In this document: piece after piece, positions 26,760-39,652 of the stretch
Position numbering within the stretch: the first letter of the stretch is position 1
How the letters are laid out: each line of letters begins with the position of its first letter
DNA from: Adineta vaga
Taxonomy: Eukaryota; Animalia; Rotifera
DNA: 64,000 bases
Direction of reading: 5' to 3'
NCBI GenBank assembly: GCA_021613535.1
Contig: CP075495.1
Span: forward strand, 12,958,001-13,022,000
Position numbers and translations under genes: made by a program
Notes under the pieces: generated by a model
What the model was told of the DNA's origin: nothing
The model's input: the letters and a program-made list of their open reading frames with translations, nothing else
The model's database searches: none

Positions 26760-28618
26760 ATGGGTTCCAAATCATCAAAACGAAATACTGTTAATGATCA
26801 GCCATTAAGTCGAGAAACAATTGAAGAACTTTGTCAAGATACGGGATTTACTGAAGAAGAATTACTCGCATGGCATACGTAAATCATTGATTGATTTGGT
26901 TGTTCTTTGAATAATATTAAAAATTAATTTGTTTGATTTTAGAAATTTTTATAAAGATTGTCCGGATGGAAAACTAACATTGAAACAGTTTGAACAAGAA
27001 TATGCAAAAATTATGGGTAAACCAACACAAAAAACGGCAAATTATGTTAAACATATGTTCAGTGTTTATGATCAAGATAAAAATCAATTTATTGATTTCA
27101 AGTATGAATAGAAAACTTATAATCTCTCTCTCTCTCTCTCTTGACGTCTTCTATCTTCTTTCAAATGCATTCACATAACAAGATCCTTTTCAAGGCCATG
27201 ATAACAAAGATTAAATCAAATGTTATCTGATGTATATATAAATATGGAATTGACCTAGACATTCAAATAGACTTTTCCATCAATTTCTTATTGATTTAAA
27301 AAGAAAACGAGATATAAGTGGAGGAGAGACATATGAGCGATATACATGAAGGATAAAACAGGAAGAATATGTTGAAAAACTAATCGATGCAGTTAGAGAT
27401 GCTAATATTACTATTTTATTTACCAATTGAAGAAGAATAATGTTTTAGAATAGTAAACATTGAAGCAAAAATCGTTTTTATAGTCATCTTTTAACAGAAC
27501 TCTAAAATCCAATTAGAAAAACGGATATATCTCAATGAATGTAATTTACTCAACTAAATAGATTATTAAAATTGCGTTTTTTCTTCTTCATTCCATTGAA
27601 CTAAATGATAAATATTTCTTTTTTCTTTAGAGAATTTGTCATGGCTCTATCAGCTGCATCAGTTGTCAACCGTTTACGTCTTGTTGAAACACTTTTTCAT
27701 GTCTTCGATTTAGATAATGATGGTAAAATAACGAAAGATGAAATCGCAAAAATGTTACATACGCTCGTTGATGTAACAAATTCGAATCAAAAACGCCGTC
27801 AACGACGTCATCCTAATCTAAATCAATCTGGACAGACGAAAACGATGGATATAAAAAAACGTGTTGACGATGCATTTAATGAATTAAATTCGAATGATGA
27901 TGATCATATAACTAAAGATGAATTTATTGAATGGTACATGAAATCAGGTTTAATATCAGATGTTCAATCAGATGAATTGAATGTTCCTGATACATCACGT
28001 ATTCAAATATTAGGAAAAAAATCTCGAAAATTAATGAAACAATCGTCATATTTAAAATCGAATCATGAACATGAAGAAAATGGTCAACGTTTTCCCCAAC
28101 TCGTTCGACATATGTCAAGAATGACAGAACGAAAAACGCCAACAAAATACGACGATAGTGATGATGATGAGTATAATACGCATTCTAGTAAAGTTAATAA
28201 CAATCCAACGACCGTTTCTTCATTACATTATCGTGATAGTAATGATATTGATGATGAACGAAAAATGGATCGACCTACTATTCGTATCACATCGAGTTCG
28301 GATGATAATGATTCGCATGCTTCGAAAGAAAATGAACGTTGGCAACATTTATTTAATTCTGTGCTCGGAAATATTCGTTCACAACGTTCTCTTAATACTC
28401 AACAAGCGACAACAAACGGATTAACTACATCAAATGGTTTTCAATCGTGGAAACGTGAAGGTGAAGAAAAACTCAAATCCGAATATGTTCGTCAAAAATC
28501 TGAGGAAAATTCAAAACGTCCATATTTATCGACAAACAATGATATAGAACTTAAAACAAGCTCGAAAACACATGAGATACTACCACCCTCTCCGGATGTT
28601 GTGACTGTTCGATTGTAA
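26760..28618 (+). CDS. Neuronal calcium sensor (recoverin/NCS/hippocalcin family) with a long C-terminal extension; 3 coding exons
   Basis: Myristoylation-type start MGSKSSK, TGFTEEELLAWH, FYKDCPDGKL, EF-hands DQDKNQFIDFK, DLDNDGKITKDE and NSNDDDHITKDE. Confidence 0.85.
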
Positions 28619-29536
28619 TCAATGTCTTCCGACAAAATTATGTTTTATTTTTTTTGTTTTCGTCTTCCAAAATGATTGATAAATCAATTCAATTTGTGAT
28701 AAACATGCGAACTTGTTTTGATTGAAACATTTTTTGATCTTTTTATCTTAATAATTATTTTCGTATTTGAAATGATGTATTGTATATTTCATGTATGTAT
28801 GGGTGTGTGTTTTCTATTTTACAAATACATCAGGTTATGAACTGATTTTCTATATCAATATTTTCGAGTAATTAACTTTTCTTTAGAACATCATCGTCAA
28901 AGAATGATATTGATGATTTAAAGTGTTTTTTTTTATCTTGTAGGTATATAGCATCATTAATTCATACTATGTAAATAACAATCAACTTGATAAGAATATT
29001 TTCTTTTGTTTATGCAACGTCTCGTTAGTAAGAACATGTTTCTTTCAAATCAATTCCATTGCATGTTCCTATATGCTTAAATATAGAGAACTGATGTTGC
29101 TTCTCTTTTCGAATAGAAGAAGAAAGGTTTATTTCATTTCACAATAATCAAAGCAGTCATATTTCCCTCTAGGCATTTAAATCTTCACGGAGAGAATTGA
29201 TTTCGCCAATCTGACCTCGAGCTGTACTTCTCGTCGAGTCAAGTTAAATCATATGACGTGTACACTCGAGGGGTTCATAAAAACAAAAATGAAAGAAAAA
29301 GAAAAGAACGTAAGAACTAATTTCAAATAGAAATTAAGCATTATAGAACAGATGTAGGTGGTTGTTCTTTCATCCAAAAATATTTCTTTATTGTTGAACA
29401 TCGTGATTTCATATGTCAATATTTGCTAAGTATACGAAACAATTGAATTAAACTTGTTGTATAAAAATTAACAGGTTTTATTGTTGATATTTGTATATAA
29501 AAGAGAAAAAGAAATAAGAATATATTTGTTATGCTT

Positions 29537-30139
29537 TTAAATTCTTGCAAAGAATTCTCCATTCTTAATAAAAAAGACAATATCATCGTTAGACATTAAT
29601 TGTTGATTCGCACAAATATCATCAATCCATTGATGTAATAATGCTTGAGAGTCAGATGGAGCATTAGTTCGATGTGCTGTTCGAGAATGATTTTCTCGCT
29701 CCTGATGATATGGTCTTTGTTGAGATATGGATGATTTTGGTATATGTAAAGATTGACTGCGTGTTGGTGGCGATGAACGATGATGTTTTGATAAATCATC
29801 CGAATCACCAAAAGCTATTCGAAGTTTTTCAATAAATAAATTTGTTTCAGGATTATTATGAACAATAATTTGTGAACGAAATTGAACAGGTTTAAATTGT
29901 TCAGTCATTGTATATCGAATTGGTTGTAATGATGAATTGAGTTTATATGATGAAGAAGAAGAATCAGTAAGAAAATGTCGTTCTTCTGCTTTACATTCAA
30001 TTCGAAATGATCGTGAAGGTAAAAGACCTGAAGAATACCATCGATTATGACTTTGATTACCTGTTCTGTTCTTTAAAGGAGATTGTTGATGATGTGTTGA
30101 AGATTGTGAATCAACTAAATCTCTTTCACGATACGTCAT
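29537..30139 (-). CDS. Uncharacterised S/Q/H-rich protein with a short conserved-looking C-terminal helix module
   Basis: 200-aa ORF with host-like codon usage, preceded by a splice acceptor (ttttctcttccag at about 30148). C-terminus LLHQWIDDICANQQLMSNDDIVFFIKNGEFFARI. Confidence 0.65.
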   Translation of the reverse strand: MTYRERDLVDSQSSTHHQQSPLKNRTGNQSHNRWYSSGLLPSRSFRIECKAEERHFLTDSSSSSYKLNSSLQPIRYTMTEQFKPVQFRSQIIVHNNPETNLFIEKLRIAFGDSDDLSKHHRSSPPTRSQSLHIPKSSISQQRPYHQERENHSRTAHRTNAPSDSQALLHQWIDDICANQQLMSNDDIVFFIKNGEFFARI

Positions 30140-30645
30140 TTATTGATCTGGAAGAGAAAAAAAAACGTTTTCAACCTCGTTTCATTCTGTTTCAATAGTT
30201 TATTATCTTTGAATACGACCAGTATTTGTCAATAGAGAGAAAAAAAAAGAAAAAGAAAACTTCTTCGTCTTTCGTCACATCTGAATAAGATAAGTATTTA
30301 GAAGAAATTTGCTTGATGAATATTATTTATCTTACCATATTTGTTACTGATTAGAATATCATTTTATTTAAACAATCATTGTAAGATGTATCTTTCATCA
30401 ATTTCTTGTTCAACATCTTAGAAATGAGGACCAAAATTTCTTTTTTTTTCGTTCGTTTCTTTCTCAGGTTTACTTTCATTTCTTAATTATCAGCATTCGA
30501 CATTGTTGACAGACACATACTCACACATACATATATATGTATACATACATGCTTTGCATTGGATGACAGTAGACATAAACCACTTGTGTATTTGTGTAAC
30601 TTTCAGGCTTCAAAGATTATTAGGTAGCAATCTTAATAGTTCTCC

Positions 30646-30647
<2 letters not shown>

Positions 30648-30683
<36 letters not shown>
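30648..30683. repeat. (TTTC)n microsatellite
   Basis: tttctttctttc... run seen directly. Confidence 0.8.
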
Positions 30684-30684
<1 letters not shown>

Positions 30685-32103
30685 TTCATAATACATCTCG
30701 ATCGAACTCAAAAGAGATCACATACAAGAAAGTATAGGATATGTAGAGAGCGAAGGTCTTATTTGAAGATCATCAGATGCTCAAGATTTTGTTTTCTTAT
30801 TCTTCACTTGAAATTATTAGATCAATTTGATCCGATTTCTCTTTTCATCTATTCGTAAATATTGTGTAAAATTACTGCTTTTGAAGTATGAAAACAATTT
30901 ACTTGTCATAAAAAACGAAACCAATAAAGCCGTTGACCTTGGTTTCGAGTTTCTCTTCCAAAGAATATTGACAATAATTTGTATAAATTGTACAGTAATG
31001 GAAGAATATTTCTGAATAGCTAAAAATAGTTTCTCAGTGCTTTACGTTCAAGTCAAATTTCATTCTACATGAAAATCTCGTTCTATTATTAATTGATATT
31101 TGTCCGTTTGTCGTGAGATTTGAGGAAAGAAAAATAACTTTGAATGAAACACTTTATGTTGGAAAATGTTTGTTGTTCTTCAATTTGAAGAGTAAATAAA
31201 AATAAATTCAATAGAATATTTTCGAGCTCTTTCGCATATGAAGTAGTGCCGATTAACAGAATGAAACATGATAGAACTGTATAGTGATTTATTCAGTTTT
31301 TATGGTATTAAAACGACGAAGATACTTTATTAGAACGAATTAATGTTGATTTAACTCAAAACATTGTAGAAAGAGAGATAAAGAAGTTCTAATGATTTCG
31401 TTAGTTTCGTACAGGTTATTTGAGAAAGATATATCAAGAATGCAAAGAACATGTATTTATTTCTACATTCAAAGAAATACCTTCCACGTCGTCTCTACAA
31501 AAGTTCTGTCAAAAATTCTCCTATTTGACATCGAATCTTATGTAGTTGTTGTTGATTGAGCATAGAGATGTGATTTTTTTATCTTTGTTTTCCATAATAC
31601 TATGGAAAAAAATTGAATTTAAAATAATTATTAAACTAAATGATTTAAGTTGTATCCATGATTTTTTTTCAAATCTTGAAATTTTCCTGTTGCGAATTGA
31701 GGAGAAGTCTTGTTTTTATTTCAAATGACATTGACAATAATAATATTATCATAAAAAATTCATCATCAAACTTTTTTATCATCACAAATTTTATTGAAAC
31801 ATTATCAGACAAATTGTCATATAAAAAAAGACATCAGTTTATTGTAGAAACTACCATTTGAAACAGAAAAACATACACCATTACTCTGTTTCAGTATGAA
31901 ATATATAATTATAGATATATATGGATGAATTAGCATAGATGATTAATCAGTTCATCTAAGCAAGCTTGCTTGTTACATATAATCAAAGTTAATCAATTTG
32001 TATTGTGCTTGAATCATTGAGATTTTCATACATCTATAGAACTTTCCTATTTGTTTGTATATCACGCATTGAAATACTTCTTATCGCGATTGAATTTTTG
32101 TTT

Positions 32104-32873
32104 TTAAACAATTTGCCGAAAAATCATATCACTTGGCATTGACATAAATTTATTAAAGGAAGGATTGTCATGAAATGTCACATGTTTAACCTTTTTCATA
32201 GACGGGATTGTCGATGATTGATTACTGCTACCTAAATTTGATAATGATGACGATAATAGGTTTTTGTTGTTGTTTTCACTTTCGATCACAAAATGTAACC
32301 GACTTCGCAAATCAATACGTCGAAGGTCATGGGGATCTTGTGATGAATCAAAGTGTATATTTGAGTATGAATTGTTTGGTGTAGAAGATTTTAGTATTCC
32401 CTAAAACGAGAATCAAAAGTGAAATAGTAACAATTAGTTTTTGATACACATACTTTTGGTTTTAAATGAGCATTTACTGGTAATTGAAAATCTTGGGGTG
32501 TTGTTTTTATCGATTGGCGTCTCGTCAATGCACCTTGAATTAATTTTGGTACAGGAGATAGTCGATTCTTTCTTTCTTCAACAATATTATTGCTAGTATC
32601 ACTTAATTTTCGATCATTTTCACTAACTAATTTTGATGGATGACGAATTTTACGAAATTTATCTATAAGTTTATGAGATTGATAACGGAAATTATCATCA
32701 ATCTTTTTCATTGTTTCGGAATATTTAACACTGCCGCTTGTCATAGTCGGTAATTCTGCTTTAAAATTCGTCGTAATAGATGTAGTATTAATACTTAAAT
32801 GATAAGATATCTAGAGAGAAAAACGAAAATAACTACTGGTTATATACACCTGTCGATAATAAAGTCCACCCAT
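32104..32873 (-). CDS. Uncharacterised protein with GILK and KHVTF (SILK/RVxF-type) motifs; 3 exons
   Basis: In-frame splicing MGGLYYRQ|ISYHLS...MTSG...HLKPK|GILKSS...KKVKHVTFHD...RQIV* with canonical GT-AG introns. Confidence 0.65.
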
Positions 32874-33536
32874 TTTATCAGTTTGTTAATAGAAAAATAA
32901 TAAAAAGACAAATATTTCTATTTTATTTCTTTCTCTCTCTCTCTCCCTTTTTGTTTATACGATGATAATATTAGGAGTAGCTGATTTCTATAAACAAAAT
33001 CAACTATTCATTTAATATACTAACCTAGAAATTTATGCATCATTAATTTGACCTGGAAAGAAAAATTAAAAAAACAAGTACCTTGACAGCAAGTGCGCGC
33101 AACTAGTTGACGAATTATGGACAAAGCAAAGAAAAGCGTTTTTTTTTCTACTTCACTGGATGTACGAGTAAATCGATTTATGTCATATGATCAAATGATG
33201 ACAGAACGGTAGAATATGTATCTAAAGCTGAAAGGATAGACAGATCAAATTGTATTTCAAACCTAATCTTAGTGTGATATCTAAATCGCATACCCTGCTT
33301 GTGTGGATTGTCCAATCATGTTTTTTCCTATCTTTAGAGTAAAATGTTATTCTAATTATATATGGTAAATAATTTTGAAATTATTAAAAACAAAAATAAT
33401 TCGATAGAATATTTTCCTATTGAGATACTATGACTTATTAGAACATGTATGCAGCAAGATAGAAAGAAATTTGATTCCATATTTATTTACATTCAGTATA
33501 AAAGGCATACATAAAAACAACTAAGAATGTATCGAT

Positions 33537-34517
33537 CTAATAGATTTCCAATACAAAGACGTAATCTGAAAGAAAATAATAACTTCGTTCCATATCACCT
33601 TCACATAGATATGGTAATCGACTTAATTTTTTTAAATGAAAACCTAAAGGTTGAAAAACATTTAAAATAAATTCATTGATTTGTTCTTCGGGTAGACGAG
33701 TTTTAATATGAATCGATTCATTTGGATTATGATCATGATTATATTCTACATATGGTTTAAATGGTAAAACAAGTGTAAGAATAAGACGACCATGATCAGG
33801 ATTCAAATGTTCACGTATCTTTTTTAATAAACTTAATGGTTTTTCACAACGATCAAGAACATTTAAACATGTTATAACATCAAATTTCAAATCACACCAA
33901 TCGTCTATACCGAGTACAGTATAACCAAAATTTGAAAGACGCCATTGCATAATTGAAGACATTTCCGTTGTATAAACTTTATCGAATACACTAGCCATTC
34001 TTTGCGTTACAGAACCATCACCAGCACCAATATCAAGAAGAGATGTTAATGTAGATTGTTGAGCATCATTAAGATCTAGTAATATTTTAAATTGAGCAGT
34101 TGAAAAGACAAACATACGACCACGACCAATTAAACCATTAGCTAAAAGATATCATTTAATATAAGATTTTCTCTTTTCAATTAACAGACCTGATGTTCGT
34201 GCAATGAATACAGTTAGTAAAGTACTGGCAAGACTATGAAAGATTTGTATTGGAATATTGTCCGATTTTTCTTGACTTTGTTGAAGAAAAGCAGTTGTTT
34301 CTTCATCTTCATGTAATTCATGAAATAATTTTCGGTATTCCTCTCGTAATAAATCACTACGTATCAATTGGTACCAAATACGTCGATCAATCGTTTCTAG
34401 ATCTCGATCATTTTCTATTTTAGATAGAACAGCTCGCGTCCAATATGAACGAGCTGGTAAATATGATGATGATGATGATTGTTGACAATACGAACAACAT
34501 TCCTTATTAGTGGTCAT
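33537..34517 (-). CDS. METTL9: METTL9 (DREV) protein histidine methyltransferase; 2 exons
   Basis: NGLIGRGRMFVFS, LLDIGAGDGSVT, TEMS, DVITCLNVLDRC, LPYLCEGDM. Confidence 0.93.
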
Positions 34518-34674
34518 CTAGAAATAAAATATTACAATCAATCGAAATTTTCCTAATTAAATGTAATCTTTTGTGTATTTATTATAATCTTCAAATAAAA
34601 CAAAAAAACAACAACAGAAAATAAATATGTTATATGAATATATTTAATGGAATAGAATGATCTATGACAATAAT

Positions 34675-37225
34675 TTAATTTCCTTCACAAATAACAGTAA
34701 TAACACTAGCTTCCATAAGAACAGGATCTAAACATCTCATAGCTGTACTACTAACGATTTCTTCTAATAGATTTGTTATAAATCGATCATCATTATTAAC
34801 AAATGACCAAAGATAATTATATAAATAATTGATATCAACTTGTACTTGTTGTAAACCATAACGTGAAAATGTTTTTAAACGTATACATTCTAGATAAGTT
34901 TTTAAAAGTAATTTAATAATACTAGATAAAATCGATGTTTTTTGAAATTGTAGATCAATAAAGATATCTAATTTTTCGTTGAATACTTTATGAAAATTCA
35001 GTTGAAGATTACCAGTTGAACCACCTGAACTACCTGGGCCACCACTTGTTGCACGATCAAGTGCAGAACTACGTGGCATAATAATCGTACGACGACCTCC
35101 ATCAGAACTTCGACCACCACCAGTTAAGTTTGAACGATGATGATATCGACCATATGATGATGACATTGATGTTAACGTGCTGATGATTGCTGATCATTAT
35201 AAAGCATCATAACTTGTTTATCTATTTGTGTTAAATCTTCAATAATACGTTTCATAACTGAACGAACATGTCGCGGTTCAATTGTATTAAGCCAATCACG
35301 AGTTTCAATTGATTTACGTAACATTTGAGAAAGTGTATAACCTTGAGAACAGATGTATTGTTTAAGTAATTGTTTTGCAATAATATTAAATTGTTTTTGA
35401 ATAGCAGTTAATTTCGAACGATCAAGTGATAAACTATTTCCATTATTTCGTTGATTATTTTCAAGAATTAAATTAAATTTCTCTTCAAATACTGTACATA
35501 AATATGGAATTGAAGTTGCATCAAAATTTAATATTAATTTACTTAATATTAATAAAAGTATCGGTGGTGAAGATTGTTCATGTCGTGTTAATGTTGAACA
35601 ACTACTTGCTGTTGTATATTCATGTTCAAAATAAGTAATTAAACGATTAAGTAAAGTTAAAAAGAATCCATTCCATACATGATTAATTGCAAATTGTCTT
35701 GTAAATATATTTTTCTTTCCTGTATTTCCAATCATTTCCGTACCATGAAGAAAGACGGAAAGATTTTGAAATGTAGATTTAATATCATTCGTTAATTGTT
35801 TTAACATTTTATCAACAAAATTTGTCAGATTAATTTGTGTTTGTTGTTGTTGATGATGTAAATCAGATGTTTGTTCATTTGGTGATGGTTGTATAATAGT
35901 TAAAGATTTTCGTAATTCAAGAATTTGATCATGAAAATGTCGATCAAGATTTGTATGATAAAATTTCAATCGACATTCGATTGTAAATGTTAAAAATGTA
36001 TCTAGGAGAAAACGAATTTTTTCAATTGCATTTTGTGTAAATAAATATTTATAAATATCATTTGATGAACGTCGTAGAAATCGATCAATAGCTCGAACAT
36101 ATAATTCTGTATCATCTTCTTGTCCATAAAATTTCGATTGAAAAAGTTTATGCATAAAATGAATATATGTTGAATAGAATTCTAGAAGATATTCTTCTAA
36201 ATAATATTTACAACGTTCTTTGGTTTCATCTTCAAGATTTGGTGACGATGCGATTATTGATGAGTGACGAAGAAATAATAAATCATAGGATTCAACAAAT
36301 TCATGAAGAGTTTTTATATAAGAATTATAACTTGTATCAATAAAATCAAGAATATCCATTGGATACATCTCTGAAAATAAAGAAAACATTATGGAATGAT
36401 TTAATCTTATGAAAAGATTTTCTTACGTTGTGTAGAATGATTTGTTGATCCTGAATTCGATTGATTTTCAGCCATAAATAATTGTTGTTTCATTAATTCC
36501 AAAGATTGTTCAAATCTTGATCGATTTTGAAGAAGATATTGTTTAGCAAGATAATCTGATGATTCACCTAATTGAAGTAATAATTTAACAACATCATTAG
36601 AAGCCGTTTGCTGTTGGTCAAATCGAGATTTTAATTCATCACGTATAATATTCATCGTTTCTGTACATGACTGTTGAATATGATTAAATGATGGTATATG
36701 TTCATATTTGTGTAATGCTTTTGATGCTTTTGTATAAGTATTAACAGCTAAATCATATTGATTATCATCAGCATATTCTTTTAATTTTGTTGGTAATTGA
36801 AAAAGATATTGAAGTTTATGTAATAATAAATGAATACTTGTTAGTTTTCGTATTTCACTACGACTGCTATCTAATTTATGATGAATTTGATCATTATTGG
36901 TATTAATGGTACTCATTGTTGACATTAAACGTTTCATTTCATCTTCCATTGTTTTAAAATCTTTTTTCATTTGACGTATTGTATCGGTAGCTGATATGAA
37001 CTTATTATAATTTTCATAGATAAGTGTTTGCATTTCATTATCTAATGTTTTGATTTGTTTCGTTAATGTTTGTTCTTTTTCAATTAAATTTGTTAAACGT
37101 GATTCACGTAACAATTTTGTTACATACGTTTCAGGATCAAAACCTGGACTATCTATGTTTGTTGGATCGTATGTTGATGGAAAAGTAGTCGAATGTGATG
37201 CAGATGCTGATTTGGAAGGATCCAT
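34675..37225 (-). CDS. VPS51: VPS51 (Ang2/fat-free) GARP/EARP subunit; one short intron at about 36372-36425; apparent frameshift at about 35172
   Basis: IDSPGFDPETY, LDNEMQTLIYENYNKFISATDTIRQMK, SQMLRKSIETRDWLNTIEPRHVRSVMKR, LKTFSRYGLQQVQVD, RCLDPVLME. Confidence 0.93.
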
Positions 37226-39652
37226 TCTCCAAATAAATAAATAATTTTATCTGTCAAAAGAAAAAAACTAGTTCATTTCATTCAATAGTAGAGTAGACTC
37301 GAGAATCGTTTTCTTTCCACGAGTAAATATCTTCTCTGAATTTTCATCCAATATCTAATCGATATAAATAAACAATCTATACTAGCGACATCTTTTTTCT
37401 TTCAATAAGAATAATTGTGATTTTGAAAACTATTCTTACAAGTTAAAATGATTGTATTATTTGCGCACTGTTGATGTTAAAACGAAAATTAGCAAAATTA
37501 ACAGTATTCAGTTATAGAGAAAGATGAATTAAATTTTCTAATTGAAGCGATGGAATATATGATTTATCCCTAATATTATTAAGATTATGTAGAAGTTTCA
37601 AATAGCGAAGTTTTAATGTGGTGCAACAGACAATTCCACTAACTTTTTCGAATGTACAGTTAACAATCGATAAGAAGATATATTGTCGTGAACTCGATTC
37701 ATTCGTAGGAATTTGTATGGGATGGCTAGCTTTCTTTCATATAGTGTAATTTGATAATCTCAACGCGATGAATACAACCTCCGTATACGCGCCAAAATAC
37801 GGCGAAAAACGTTGTAAACGTTAGTGGTTTACTAGCAGCGATGAGTACAGGTAGCTTTTTCATATAATATTTGATTATTCTAATTAACAAAGTTCAAGAA
37901 TAAAAATAGTTCTAGATTATATTGTGTTAAAAATCATTTGCATACATTCAAACGATTATAAAACGTTCTAGAAGAATATTAAAACTTATAACATGTTAAA
38001 TTCCATCAGAATTTGTTTCCAGGTATTTTATCATTATTTAATATGAAAATTGTGTATCGTATCTTTGATAGGCAGTAAAAGCTTATCACTTACTTATCAT
38101 CTTGAGCCTCACATCAGTTCTAGTTCAAACTAAAAATCATGCCATTTTATTTAAACTCAACACAGATTAGTAAAACCGTGATCGTCACGTTTCTTAAATT
38201 TTATGAAGCAGATGTTTTATTTCTTCATTTTCGTATTCTTTCTTTTCCTATACGGTATATGCTTTGTGAATTTAATTATTTCCATCATAAATGTCATCAT
38301 ATTGAGATGCTCAAAATCAGATTAATATTATTGAAAACTCCAGAAAACCGATCATGAAAAGATTAGTAAGCTAAATATGTATAGCGATTATCTTTGCTGA
38401 AACACGTCTTTAGTTATTTAAAGATACGATTTCTATTGTCAACATGCTGTTTCTCACAAAAGGTCATTTATTGTAAACGATTTGCATTCTAATCAAAAGT
38501 AGCCTATTTCCGGTTGCATGATCGCGTAATCAGATTCGAAAATAACGAGAGTAAAACGATCTTTTGATTCTAGAAAGGGCACTATTTTTGTTTGACATAT
38601 ATTAGTTCGCACTTGGACTTTCAGTGAATAGTAATAAAAATAGTAATAATATCGAAACGAAGCGAATTAACGGAACAAAGAAGTAAAGAATATTAAAAAT
38701 GTCAATTCATGAAACGTACCTTGATTAGATAGAAATATATATATATATATATGTTAGTGCATCTGAGCACGTTCATCATTCTTCTTTTTCCTCTTCTTCT
38801 TTCAATATAACGATGAAAGGTAATGCCTTATTCTTTATATGAATCACAAAATTTTTAAGAATTCTTCATTCTCTTATCATTCATTATCTCAAATTAGCAA
38901 ACAAAAGACTGCAATCTATAGATCCAGACATTTTTATTTATCATTTTATGTCACTAACTATGACGAAAAATACCAGATGAAAGACAAAATATCGTTGATG
39001 AAAAGACACGCTTAGAAGATATCAATTATATTTCTGTACATTTATATCTTTCATCAACCAATCGTATTGACATTAACAAAAGACTTCTTGTATTATTATC
39101 ACTATGCATATTCTCGAAAAGTCTTGCTTGATAGAATTCTATTAACAACATCTCAACGATATTTTGCTTCCGATATATTTTCGTCTATCGTATAATAACT
39201 GTTTAGCATTATTGATGCTATAAACAGTCATAAACTATAAAATTGTCTTGCAAACAAAGCAGAAAAAAACGAGCAAATGTTTTCCTATATAAAAAAATCA
39301 GTGTGCTGTCGAATGTGTCAATCTGCTTATTATTCTTATCAAGTAAAGCAAAATAGAAATAGATTATTGTTTATTTGTTTTTTGTGAACGAGAAAGTCGA
39401 TATCTTAATTTCTCATGGAAAAATCAATATTACAATTCGAAGTAAATTTAATTGAAAAATGAATATTTAAAAAGAAATTGATGAGTTCTTGAATAGATAC
39501 TTTTCTTATGTCTTTGACGATCGTTATTATAAAAGACAAAATTGATTCTGAAAGAAAATATTTTCTTAACCTTTAGTCATCTGTTCACTTTTTCTGACAT
39601 TTATTTTGATAGAAATGTTAATCGTATCCAATATTTTTTAGTTAATAAAAAA

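Noticed and set aside
37722-37882. Imperfect direct repeat (gctagctttctttcatat... / ggtagctttttcatat...) around a CG-rich patch
   Set aside because: Too short and too diverged to define an element; probably a decayed repeat.
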